A stretch of 63,727 nucleotides of DNA, the filler included, from Reticulomyxa filosa (lineage: Eukaryota > Protista > Foraminifera), in assembly GCA_000512085.1 (NCBI GenBank). It is 13 parts of 13 records of this genome, joined end to end, with 100 filler letters (N's around TTAATTAATTAA, not from the genome) between each part and the next. Parts side by side here need not be neighbours in the genome. Positions count along the whole stretch, not along the records: positions 35,441 to 41,658 come from ASPP01012000.1; positions 41,759 to 43,356 come from ASPP01029072.1; positions 43,457 to 44,704 come from ASPP01023378.1; positions 44,805 to 49,326 come from ASPP01006120.1; positions 49,427 to 50,676 come from ASPP01049801.1; 8 more parts are not named here. The stretch is one strand, 5' to 3'. The notes beneath the pieces are model-generated. The model saw only the letters and a list, made by a program, of their open reading frames with translations, ran no database searches and was not told where the DNA came from. Made by a program: the position numbers and the translations under genes. Of this stretch, positions 38,401 to 50,776 are shown piece after piece. The number at the start of each line of letters is the position of its first letter. Within the stretch, counting starts at the first letter, position 1.

Positions 38401-38909
38401 TGTTAATTTATAAACACACACACACACACACACAAATACTTGTATTTATGAGGATTGTTAATGCGCTCAAAGTCGATATTCGCGTGAGGGATTGAATCGA
38501 AAATATTTAGCCGCGCGCATTCTCGCAACAGTACAAGCGTTTGCAGATGCTCCACGTGGTTCACTAAGTCTTCTGGCAATGGGCTTCTGAAGTATTTCGG
38601 CTCATTGTAGGTCGGCGTGAACTTCAACGTACCACTCTGCTCGCGCAACAACTGCTTTTGCTTCTCACTGATACGGTATGTGTCGTAAATATCTATTGGT
38701 GGACCCTTGGACCCTGTCTCTTCCGGGTCGTCTCGCATCAGTGGGAATCGCTCCGTTGTTATACCTCCTCCCACGTCCCACAGATCTATCAACTTTTCAC
38801 GATCATCACCACTGCCACTAACACTACCACTGCTCAGTCTACGGAAGAGGATTGATGGCAGAGCACGCCTGAAACTAGAACATGCTCTATACGTGTGTGA
38901 TAATAACAT
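37143..38909 (-). CDS. SAM-dependent O-methyltransferase family 2 (COMT/ASMT-like) with predicted mitochondrial presequence, three exons
   Basis: VADIGGGLGH (motif I), CADFL, ADVYLLKWILHDHSD, GGKERT; winged-helix ISIEDLSKKCGLDKYKIYRILRALS; Arg/Ser-rich N-terminus without acidic residues. Confidence 0.85.
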
Positions 38910-39195
38910 TATTATTCAAAAAGAGTTTTTTTATCGCATATGGTTTCCGTTTTCTTTTAGCAAAAAAAAAAGACGTTTAAAGCACCAGAAACCACCAGAG
39001 AAAATAATTTAGCTGCCTTTCTTAAGTTTGGAACAAAGAGTAAAATTTTGATTTCAACAATGAGTTATATTTATTTTAAAAAGATTTAATTATATTAAAT
39101 AAAATTTTTTCGACTACAAGATTAAAGCAATTTTGTGTTCAGATCAAAAAGTTTAAACAAAAGTAATAAAATAAAAATGTAATGAAAATTATTCA

Positions 39196-41596
39196 TTATC
39201 CGCGCAACAATAAAGCAGGTGGTGTATCGACCAAGATTTTGGAAGGAAGCACAGACGCGACAATGGCAGCGACATAACATGATGCAGTGAGTGTGCAATA
39301 CAACTGCCATGGAAAAGAAAAGCGAAAAAGGCTTTCGGTCAAGACTTGAGATTGCATCGTTAACACAACAGACTGCGAAACTCCTAATTTTCCAACAAAG
39401 CAAAAACAATTTTTTTATCTTTTCTCCATCCCGGTCAAAGTTATCCGTTGTCGGATATTATCACATGAAACTTACCAATGGCAGTTCCCAGCAACAGTGA
39501 TGTTGTCACAATGACTGCCGCTTCAAAAATAAACAATAGCAGCACGTCGGTGCCCTTTAGCATACAATCAAAACATTGCACATACTACGTGCAATGGCGT
39601 GTCGCTTTAGTGCACAAGGACAAAGCACTTAACACTCAAGCCAAGTGATCGCAGCACTGCAAATTGATATATATTTTCCCTTACATTTTGTTGAAAGCTT
39701 AAAAAGGCAATAAAAAAGCATAGCAACATAGACAATATTGCTACTACTTGAAAGAAAGCGATCAGTGCAGAGGCGGCACTTGCTGTTGTTTCAACAATCG
39801 CTTTCGTGTCAACTGTTGTTAATACATCTGCATTTAGACCATTCCTGTTTTACTCAACAGCATTGCAAATTTTTTTTTCCCCTGATGTTATAAACATAAT
39901 TAATCTAAATTCAATTTTTTTTTTTTTTGTCTCGTAACGTCAAAATGCCCAGTACCTCTCTCCTATCCTTTGCGCTTGTGTTTTTTGTAGTTTTTAAAAG
40001 CAGTTTTTGCATTGGCAAAGGACCATATTTCAGATTGAAAACTTCTGAATTTTGTATGTTTGTTACTGTTTCGTTTATAATATCTTTGTAATTGTCTTGC
40101 GTAATGATGATCGGGGTCATACCAACAAGACTCGAGTAAGAGGAAAAGGTTTGACCTGTTCAGTTTTATCGATCATTTTACAGGTGCAATTTACTTAAAA
40201 TTTTGGTCCATTTGTTTCTTTTTTGCTGATGTTTGCTTGTCTTTAAAAAAAATAAAAAACGAAAGCTATGACCTGGCAACTTTGAAACAAAAGCTTCTGC
40301 CGTGCCAAATCTTGCACTTTCAAAAGTTTGGTGTTCACCAGTGAATGGGTTGAGTTTTGAAAAGACCGGAGATAGTCGTAATGGTATGTTTAGGTCAACA
40401 GTGCTTGCACTAGACAAAGCCGTGGAAACAAGGACATTTCTGCAACCAACTCAAGTATATGTGTATACAAATCAATATAACTCTGGTTGCAAAAAAAAAA
40501 AAAAAAAAAAAAAAGTATTGTATTAATATATACATATACATATACATATATATCTATATATGTATATACTTTTGCATAAAGTACAGAATCTTAACATGGA
40601 GTGGTTGTAAAGATAAGCAGATTGCTTAACAGCCTGTGCCAAGGCAAATTCATTGACGTCGGAGCTCCAATAGCCAGATAAAATAGTAGTCGGTGGTACG
40701 TAGTTAGCTGTAACGTGCATCCTTTGCCCAACGTCGGTGGGAAGGTATAGACCTCGAATTGGGTCTGGTCTTCCGTTTTTCAGTGTTGGGTAAGTATCCG
40801 GTTTGAAAGAGGTTTGCACGTTGGACAACAGCAAATACTCCTCGCAATAAGCGGTATCACAATAGTCGTCCGCCAAAGCGACAAGTGGCTCCAAATAAGT
40901 GACCCCTCCACCCAGAGGCCCGATATTACAGTCTTGAATGTGCTCCTTTCGATCCCCACTCCAAATCGCGGACATTGGGAATGACACAAACGTATACGAG
41001 ACAATGTGCTTTCTTAAAAAAGCGTTCGACTCGATTGTCTCACGGACGTAGGTCTCGTTGAAAGCAAATTCTTCATAGTGTTTGCTATTTAAACTAATAT
41101 TATGCCATTCAACGACAAATAACAATGAGCATTGTTCAAAAAAAAAAAAAAAAAAAAAAAAAATATGAATTGACCTTAGATCAGCTCCTGTCAATGTCAC
41201 AAACAAATCAACAATATTGTTCAATTGCAGAGTCACCATGGACCCACAAAAGACGACAAAAGCTGTGCTAATGATAATCATCAATCCCGTTTGGGCGTTC
41301 CTCTTCGCATGTCCGTGCATGTGTTTCAGCAGCACGCTTTTGAGTTTGCGTACATAGCCCCATTGGCACGCAAGACGGACTACGTACACGTTCATGGTCG
41401 GCTGTATCAATGACACAATAAGCGCAAGGCCCAACAGCATGCCCAAAAAAATCAAATTAAGTATCCAAAAAAGAAGTGACAAATTCTGATTGGCAAACGA
41501 ATATGGAATCACATACAAGCACACAAAACCAATGATTGACAATGTCACGCCCAACGTGGTGTGCATTAAATTGAAGCCCAAGTCTTTTAACTTCAT
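39196..41596 (-). CDS. FtsX/MacB-type (ABC3) permease-like multi-TM protein, C-terminal half, multi-exon
   Basis: TM cluster, HAKRNAQTGLMIIISTAFVVF, a large extracytoplasmic loop, then FLSFQQNVRENIYQFAVLRSLGLS, SLLLGTAIG and FSFPWQL...SVLPSKILVDTPPALLLRG-stop (FtsX C-terminal pattern). Confidence 0.75.
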
Positions 41597-42678
41597 TATA
41601 TATGCATATATATATACGTATATATATATATATATATATATATAATAGTTATTTATTTNNNNNNNNNNNNNNNNNNNNNNNNNNNNNNNNNNNNNNNNNN
41701 NNTTAATTAATTAANNNNNNNNNNNNNNNNNNNNNNNNNNNNNNNNNNNNNNNNNNNNTCTGGGGGGGGACATTCGTCTATTATTTCTACTATTCTTTCA
41801 TATACTCGGATGTGTAGGTTGGGAATTCTTTGAAGGTTGTTCGACGTTGTTTCCAAATTTTGAAGGAATTGTTGTAATGGATGATAAAAATTCAACTAAA
41901 AATGTAGACCGAATTACCACTACTGACCTGATTTTGTAACGACGTCATTATTTTTCTATTTTTAAAAAAATAACTTACTCCCTTTTTAGACTAACACAAC
42001 AGTTACAAACAAAATGGTGTTTAAATATACATTCCAAAACAACGAAACATTAAACTCTTCAAAGTTTCGCGAGACTAGTTTTAAGAAACGAAAAAGAGGT
42101 TTCACACCAGTTATAACCAATAATTAGCTATAAAAATTGAAATTTTCATTCAATAAACAATCAAGTTACAAACACGTGTTCTCTCCCTTCTATCCTTTTT
42201 TTCCGTTAAAAAAAAAACAAAACACAATTGACACGTGATAATAAAAACAAAATAAAAAATTTTAAAAGGAGGCTGAACTACAAAACGTGGCCGAGGTAAA
42301 CGTTAGAACGTTCAAAAAGGTCTCGCAAAAGTACTGAACATCACTGTTTTGTTTCGTTGTTTTATTTTTCAGTTTTTATAGTTCAAATTTCTTTGGTTAA
42401 ATGGAAATTTGTATTTTTCGCAACGTGAATGCCTTCTTTTGTTTTCAAAAAGATGAGGTAAATTTGTTGTGTTTGTTTTTTATCTGTGCCAACTTCGCCC
42501 TGCCTTTTCCTCAGATAAAATGCAGGTATTAAGCGGCACTAGAGTAATAAATTTTATTTATCCTTTTCGTATCTGAAAGCAATACTTTCCCATTGTAATG
42601 CTTTTTCTTCCTTTTGGAACATAAATTTTTTTATCTTTTGACATTGTTTAAACTAATTTGTTTGATTGAAATAGGTGT

Positions 42679-43356
42679 TTGTGCGAAAATGTGAATCCAA
42701 TTTATACATGCGAAGACCCGGTGCAAGTGAAACAAGAAATTCAAGAATTTCGCAATATAATTATGGAATGTCAGATGAGATTATCTCAACACTGCGTCCA
42801 GCATCAACTCTCGTTGTGTTATAATGAAAATAAAAAAGAGAAAGAGAAAGAAAAAAAACCCAAAAAAGAATTTCCACAAGTGATCGATATTGCAAACATT
42901 TTGGTGAGTTCCGAATTGAAACAGCAAATCCAATTTGTAAATGTCTGCGATCAACTCTTGAATTTGTTTCCACCAGCCTATGGATCAGAGCATTTGTATT
43001 CTTTTATCGCCAATCTGTTGAAAGAATGCTGTATCATGATGAACAAAAATGACGAGCCCGCACAATTCCAATTAAATCCGAATATCAACGGCCCTGGAAT
43101 TCAAATGTATTTTGACTTTGCAGGACTGTTCCCAACCCAATTGTTACCAAACACAAACATTGTTTTGGACAAAAATGGCAACACTATGATGTATTGGTTC
43201 CGACTGGCCAGTCCTGTTCTTGTTTCACAGAATACAATTGATGTATTAAATAGGCTTTGTGGACATAATGCAAATGTAGACGATTTGCAAACAAAAAAAA
43301 ATAAAATTAGTGGACTGACCGAAAACATTGTCCCATTGGAACACTTTGAATATCAT
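42679..43356 (+). CDS. Hypothetical protein exon (truncated)
   Basis: About 225 open codons after an ATAG acceptor, with protein-like composition. No family recognised. Confidence 0.5.
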
Positions 43357-44849
43357 NNNNNNNNNNNNNNNNNNNNNNNNNNNNNNNNNNNNNNNNNNNN
43401 TTAATTAATTAANNNNNNNNNNNNNNNNNNNNNNNNNNNNNNNNNNNNNNNNNNNNCAAGATCAAGATCAGAAGGACGAGAGCGTGGCGAAGAGGATAGC
43501 ATTGTAGAAGATATGGAAGAACGACTGTTGAAGAGAAAAAAGGAGAAGCGCAATCGTATTACACAAGTGGATATATGGTGATAATGAATGGGGACAATGC
43601 CATTGCAAAAATATCCGTTCGAGTTTGCTTACAAAAAGGACCTGTTGAATATAATAAACATTGAGAACGTGACGCGTTTGAAAAGGAAATAGCGTTGGCG
43701 TACCTGGAATACTTTATCCGTGAACACGTGTGCTCAGATACGACTCATGGCTGTTTCATCGCGATCACTCACACGTCGAAGGTCGTTGTCATCGATTTGA
43801 CAATCTCACAAAGTTTCAAAAGTCCATTGCCAATTGGAGCTTCTTCTGACTCTGTCTCTTCAACGCCAACTCTATCGCAGCGTCAACATCTTCTTGCAAT
43901 GTGATGCTTGCTCCGCTCTTTTTCTTCAGTCCGTTCCATGCCACCGCTATACACACACGCTACAAAGTTTATATATATTTTATATATATGTTATATATAT
44001 AATTTTGTTTTTTTATGAAAATAAAGATTTACAGAGCACAGATTTGTTTGGAATTGGGAATGTTAGGACTGTATTGCATTGATCCCCGCTAATGTGTTTG
44101 GGGGAACATGTTAGTGACGCCAAAGTCAAGAAATGCAAAGAAACAGACGCAGTCAAAATTGACAAAGACAAAGTTTGTCAACATTCAAAGAGCGAAGGCT
44201 CAAACGCAGACAATGTCTCGATTTGGTGTTGAATTCGCACAAACTTGGAGAAATGGTATTTTCCATTCCACTCATTTGTTGTTCTCTCATTATATTCAAA
44301 ACTCTTTTTGTTTGATTGTTCTGGAATTGCAAGTGGAATCGTACGAAAGTGGTGATTGGATTTTATTTACATATGTCATTCAAAAACTACTCACTTTATG
44401 AATTTTTTTCCATCACTAACTCATTGTTTATTGTTCTTTTTTTTCTTTACAAAAATACCTCATTTATTTTAAAAAAGTGTTTTTTTACAAGTTCACTTGG
44501 AGAGAGACAGTGTTTACTCAGTTTTGTTTTTAATATTTTTTTTTTAGCATATCCAAAATGCATTGTCAGTCCACATATTAAAATGGAACATTTTTTTTGT
44601 TGCAAAGAAAATAAATTAAACAATTAGTGTTGTCTTGAGGAAGCAAAATAGCAAAAAAAAAAAAAAAGTGTAGCACGCTCTTAATCACCCATCCTGCAAT
44701 GACTNNNNNNNNNNNNNNNNNNNNNNNNNNNNNNNNNNNNNNNNNNNNTTAATTAATTAANNNNNNNNNNNNNNNNNNNNNNNNNNNNNNNNNNNNNNNN
44801 NNNNAAAAAAAAAAAAAAAAAAAAAAGGGGGGGAAAAAAAAAAAAAAAG

Positions 44850-46234
44850 GAAAAGGCATATCTGAATTATTTAATGCGATAATTGATCGAATCCCGCCAC
44901 CGAAAGGGAACATTGAAGCGAGCCCACGCGTGTTGTTGTATGATAGCTTTTGGGATGCTCACCGTGGAGTGGTGTGTTTGGTGTTTGTGAAGGACGGATG
45001 CCTGCGCGTGGGCGATACGGTGGGACTGTACCACTCGAACCGCGAGTTTGTGGTGCAAGAGTGCGGTGTGATAATGCCGCACCTGCAGCCGATGGACATG
45101 CTGCGACAAGGACAGGTGGGCTACATGATGGCGAACGTGCGCGACCCGGCGCAGATCATCATTGGCGACACGATCTACTTGGTGAAGAATCGCAAGTTGA
45201 TGGGCAGCAAGTTTTCGTTGGAGACGACGCAGTTCCAAGAGGTGAAGAGCAAGACCGAGGAGGTGACGCCGTTCACCACGCTGCATCGCAACAAGTGCAT
45301 GGTGTTTGCATGTTTGTATCCGGTCGTGAGTGAGGAGTACAACAAGCTGCGTGCCAAGATCAAAACGCTGATGTTGGAGGACGCGTCGGTGAAAATGGAG
45401 GAAATATCCAATGAAACCTTGGGCGCGGGATTTCGCTGCGGCTTTTTGGGCGTGTTGCATATGGAAGTGTTTCGACAACGCTTGGAAGATGAAAGTGGTG
45501 TGCAGGTCATTGTCGCCGCGCCGACCATTACATATAAAGCCATTCGCAAGCACGATCAACAAGAGTTTATCATTGAGTCGCCCGAAGAATATCCTGAAAA
45601 CCCCGGCGTTATGCAACTCTTCTTGCAACCTATGGTGCGTGTCACGGTCATGTTCCCTGCCAAGTTCTTAGATGATATGCTGCGTCTACTCACTCACACT
45701 GGTGGCGTCGAAGAGGAACTCAACTACGTCGGACAGAACTTGGACACCATTGTCTGTAAATACAAATTCCCTTTAAACAAAATCGTCACCGACTTCTATT
45801 CCAGTGTTCACAGCATCACTCATGGTCTTGGCAGCTTCGACTATGAGGAGTGCGGATGGGAACCCATCGACTTGGTCCAGGTCCGCATTCTCATCAACAA
45901 AAAATCCATCGGCCCTTTGAGCGTCTTGTGCGAACGCGAAAAGGCCATGCACATTGGCAGAACTTTGTGCGAAAAGCTGGCCGATGTCATTTCCCGAGAA
46001 CTGTTTGAAGTCAATATCCAAGCAGTCTTGGGTGGCAAAATCATTGCTAAAAGAAGACTACAAGCACATCGCAAAAATGTCTTGGAAAAAGCTGGAAAAA
46101 TCATTGGCCAAGGCGATATGACCAGAAAACGAAAATTGCTGGACGCTCAAAAAGAGGGCAAAAAAAGAATGAAGGAAATTGGAAATGTCAAGGTTCCTCA
46201 GTCTGCCTTTATGGCTGTTCTGAAGATTAACTAA
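44850..46234 (+). CDS. GUF1: Translation factor GUF1/LepA (EF4), organellar, last exon
   Basis: GISELFNAIIDRIPPP, LGAGFRCGFLGVLHMEVFRQRLEDE, SITHGLGSFDYE, RELFEVNIQA, RKRKLLDAQKEGKKRMKEIGNVKVPQSAFMAVLK. Confidence 0.93.
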
Positions 46235-46701
46235 AAAAAAAAAAAAAGGAGCAAAATAATTGATCAATTGTCACCCCTTTTTTAGTAAAATCTACAAAAT
46301 GTTGTTTTGTTTTTTTTTTGTTTTCAAAAAAACCTCAATCGCAACAAAATCGTATCGCAATCGTGGCCACAGTATTTCAAACATCACATTGTACAATTGT
46401 TGTTCATTTCAACTTTTGACACTATTCTTGTTTATACCAAACGAAATGGTTTCTCTTTTTTAAAAATAAAAATCTTATGTGTATTTTTTTTTTTCCTTCT
46501 AATATTATCAAATGATTTGGTCAGCAAAAAATATGCACTTAACGAGCAAAGTCATACAATTTACAAATTTCAAAAAGCAAGTGGATTATATGCAATGCAC
46601 AAAAAACAGCACAAAAAAACCAGAAAAAAAAGAAGATATTTTGTAGCGGTTCATGAAAGCAATTTCATGTTTCTCCGCAACACCTACTAACGTGATTTGT
46701 T

Positions 46702-48644
46702 TCACAATGCAGTACTCATTGGGTCCTTTTGAGGATCTGGTGAAAAGCTTATTTCAGCATCGCCAGGATCTTTGCTTGAGGATTTAGTGTTATTTGCATG
46801 TTTTTGTTTGTGCGATTGAACAAATGAGCGAATCTCATGTTCGATATGAGTAAGATCAGAGCTGATCACCTGAACGGTGTCGATATCGATAGTAAGTTCA
46901 TTAATAGGGATATCTTTTTCAAGTTCACCGGACTGGATCATGACCGCTACCTCTTCGGGTTTGATTTTGGAAAGGGGTACAGCCGCGGTCGACAGCAAGT
47001 GTTTCAATCCACGATCGGTATGCAAGGTGCCGAGATTGGAATGTAAGCTGGGCATCCTCTCGTTGCCAGGGACACGTGGGGCGGAGGGTCCTCCCGAGTT
47101 TTGCACGGTTAGCGAGACAGGACGTCGCAAGAGCACATCCACAGCGTCGACATTGGAAAGGCCGAGCAACGTCAGTGCACTGTCTCCATGCATAAGCATT
47201 AAGCCAGGTGCTTCATCTTTTTCCCCCCCCCCCAATCAATTCAAAAAAAAAAAGTGAGGACATTATTAAAAAAAAATAGAAACGATACGTATACGTATAC
47301 GTTACCCAAAACGTTTTTTTTTAATGTAAAAAAAAAAAAATTATGTATATAAATTATGTAAAATCTGAACCTGGAATAGCAAGATTAGAATCGTTAGGAG
47401 CAGAATGATTGAAAGCCAAGTTGACAGGCAAAGGAGGGAGTGTAGAAAGTGGCGGACTTTCTTCAGGAAGGTTGCTGTTATTGTTGTTGTTGTTGTCGTT
47501 GTTGTCGTTGTCGTCGTTGTCGTCATTATCGCCGCCATGAATACTGACACTGTTGGGTTTGCCAGTGAGAGTCGAGTCTCGATTGACGACGTGCTTGAGT
47601 TCAGTGACGGTATCAGCTTTTCGCAGTTTGATATTTTTGGGTTGACTTGGGAACTTTTTATCGGCCTGCCAAGAGGGGATGCGACAGCAGGAATAAGCCA
47701 AAGCATTGCGAAAGGTGGGATGGATCCCCCCAGAATACCAAGCCATGAACCACGTATACCAAGGGAAGTCGATGGAAGACACGCCACGACAAAGACCATC
47801 GACGATTTGAACAGCAGCATCTTCTGCGTCAATGGCGACCTCCCAACGCCAATCATGTTTATCTTGCAACTTTGCAATGAGATTGGTTTTCACCCATCCT
47901 GGATTGATCACAGTGACGTCGATGTTTTTATATCGCAATACCCACGACAAGTTTTCACCCAACAAACGTATAAATGCCTTTGTCGCATTATAACTGCTTG
48001 CTACATTTTGATTGCCATAACTGCCTATGCTACTCATTAATGCAATGTGACCATGCTCTCTTTGCTGCATGCGCGGAATGATCGGCAAAATTGTGTTCAC
48101 TGCTCCCACTACGTTCACTTCAAACATTTGCGATAACTGCGATACGTAATCTTTTCCAATCTCTTCCGCATTCGCTGCATCCACTCCTGCATTTGCTATC
48201 ACCAAATCCAATGGCTTCATCTCGTCGCATGTCAATATCCACTTCACCAACGTGTCGCGGATTCGCACGTCACACACAAACGTGCTCACGCTCGTGCAAC
48301 CGTACTTCTCCATACATGTCTTCACCACTGCTCGCAGGCTCTCGCGCTTACGTCCTTGCAAAAACAGTGTGCACTCCGGATTCCTTCGCGCCAATTCGTA
48401 TGCCAAATGCTCGCCCAGTCCGCTTGACGCTCCTGTTATCAACACGCTCCCCAAACTTCTTGTACTTCACTTTGCACGAACATCTTCCCGTTTTACAACT
48501 TGACGAAATCACCAACAACAATGGGCTCACACATAACATTACTACATCTAGTAATAGTCGCAACCATGAGACCAAATACAACACTCCTATGTCACGGATG
48601 ATGAACCAGGCCCTACATCGACAATATTTACAACATGAACACAT
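46702..48644 (-). CDS. Short-chain dehydrogenase/reductase with N-terminal membrane anchor and C-terminal extension
   Basis: VLITGASSGLG, CDV, IANAG, MSS, SYNATK (YxxxK), NPGWVKT. The N-terminal Cys-rich/TM segment (ORF 48348-48644) joins through a G4 homopolymer frameshift at about 48450. ORF 46702-47235 is the probable last exon. Confidence 0.8.
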
Positions 48645-49167
48645 TTTTTTTTTTTTTTGGCCTTTGTCTCCTCGTGTTGTTTGTTCGTCACATAAGAAAA
48701 AAAAAAAGTTTGAACATTACAAAGTAGACAGAATTTGTAAATGTCTTTCTTGTGTCTCTTCTTTTTTAAATGATCGTTGAATCAGAATACTCATTCGAAT
48801 TCAGAGAAAATTGCTTTTTATCACAATATGATGTTGCTTCTTGCTAACTAAAGTCTAAATATTATTGCTGTTTGTGTTATAACTTTTTCATTTTTTTACT
48901 TAAATGTCAGCAAAATCATTTGAAATAGGATTGTTTGAAGCAAGTAGAAACTATAATAATTGAACAAGTACCAAATCGATTAAGAAAAAAGAATATTTTG
49001 ATTGACAACATCAAAAGAGAAGTTTTTTAATCTATATGAAAATAAATTGTGATAATATACATGTCTTAAGATAATATACACGAAGTAGCACATTTTATCA
49101 CAAAACGACATATAAGTGCAAACATTTATCAATACATATGTCGGGAACAACACTATTACACATATTG

Positions 49168-49326
49168 AACTACAGTATGTTGCAAAGAAAACTGAACGCA
49201 TAAAACATATCTTATGATGATAATTGATTTTCTCAATGAAAAATCAACATTTAGACCTAATTTTTTTTTTATTTAAAAAAAATATCTACAAGTATTGTAG
49301 TTTTTAAATATGATATTGATTTTTTA
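49168..49326 (+). repeat. Dispersed ~155-bp AT-rich repeat (copy 1)
   Basis: Near-identical to 63553-63704 (AACTACAGTA.GTTGCAAAGAAAACTGAACGC...GATGATAATTGATTTTCTCAATGAAAAATCAACATTTAGACCTAA...TATGATATTGATTTTTTA). Confidence 0.9.
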
Positions 49327-49428
49327 NNNNNNNNNNNNNNNNNNNNNNNNNNNNNNNNNNNNNNNNNNNNTTAATTAATTAANNNNNNNNNNNNNNNNNN
49401 NNNNNNNNNNNNNNNNNNNNNNNNNNTG

Positions 49429-50676
49429 AATGGATTAAAAGATGAAAATGAATGTATTCGTGCCTTATGTAAAAAATCATGTGAAACAATTTCAACAAAA
49501 TTGAATGATAAACAATTTGATAGAGTTTTCAGTGTTTTCATGCATGGGTTAAAACATAAATATAGTGCAAAATTACTTGCAACAAAAGCGAGTGAGAAAC
49601 AACTGGAAAAAGTGTTCGAAACTTTGATGAGTGGATTAAAAGATGGAAATAAGTATATTCATTGTTTATATGCAGAATCACTTGTAGTAATTTCAGCGAA
49701 ATTGAATGAGAAACAACTGGAAAATGCAATTAATACTTTGATCGATGGATTGAAAGATGAAGATAAAAATGTTCGTAATTCATATGCAAGATCACTTGGA
49801 GTAATTTCAAAGAAATTAGATGAGAAAAAACTGGAAAATACAATTAATACTTTGATCGATGGATTGAAAGATAAAGATAGAGATGTTCGTATGTCGTGTG
49901 CAGAATCACTTGGAGTAATTTCAACGAATTTGACTGATAAACAGCTGGAAGGAATTTTCAATGCTTTGCCAAATGATCTGGAATGGTATTACTTGCATTC
50001 ATATTTCAATGCACTTGAAGAAATTTCAACGAAATGGAATGAAAAACAATCGGAGAGGGTTTTCAACGCTTTGACATTTGTTTCCAAACATTCGATCAAC
50101 ACAAACAACGACGAATATAAAGATAGACGATTGGTGAGATTACTTGAATTATCAACGAAATTGAATGACAAACAATTGTATTTATTGGTTATACATTTGT
50201 TGGAAAGAGCGAAAAAGGGATTTACACGGAGTGTGAAAGATGCATTGCCAAAAATATCCGCAGATATGTGGAAACGTGCAACAATTTGTGGATTGAAAGA
50301 AAATATCCAAATGAAAAATGAAAATACATTGATGAACAAACAGAATTCAAATAATCGTGTCTTGAAAGCAGCCAACAACATAGATTTCGAATTATTGGCA
50401 TTTGGTTTGATGACATTTATTCCTTGCATTCAATTAAGTTGCAATGATAATAATACCAATTTTGATGATTTAAATGAGCTAATCAGATATTGTGATAAAC
50501 AAGCCATTAAATGGGAATTCCCAACTCATCAATCAAAATGGACTAATGATAATAATTACAATGATATTCAATATCCTTGTTTGAATGATGAAATTGAAAA
50601 AGTTTCTAATGATGAGAATGCATTCAAAGGACTTTACACTGTTGTTCATGAAGCAGCAAGATCAGGAGACTTGTCA
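49429..50676 (+). CDS. HEAT (PBS-lyase-like) repeat protein running into an ankyrin repeat (internal fragment)
   Basis: 38-aa/114-nt tandem units GLKDEDKNVRNSYARSLGVISKKLDEKKLENTINTLID starting at 49633, 49747 and 49861. The fragment ends TVVHEAARSGDLS (ankyrin start). Confidence 0.85.
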
Positions 50677-50776
50677 NNNNNNNNNNNNNNNNNNNNNNNN
50701 NNNNNNNNNNNNNNNNNNNNTTAATTAATTAANNNNNNNNNNNNNNNNNNNNNNNNNNNNNNNNNNNNNNNNNNNN

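Noticed and set aside
44867-45628. Long antisense ORFs (also 3507-4265, 47405-48040, 50886-51716, 24102-25048)
   Set aside because: These are shadows of GC-richer coding sequence on the opposite strand, with no motifs of their own.
44805-46234. GUF1/LepA as bacterial contamination because of high GC in the 5' half
   Set aside because: It is flanked by host-type poly-A intron/UTR sequence and is contiguous with the intron-containing SDR gene.
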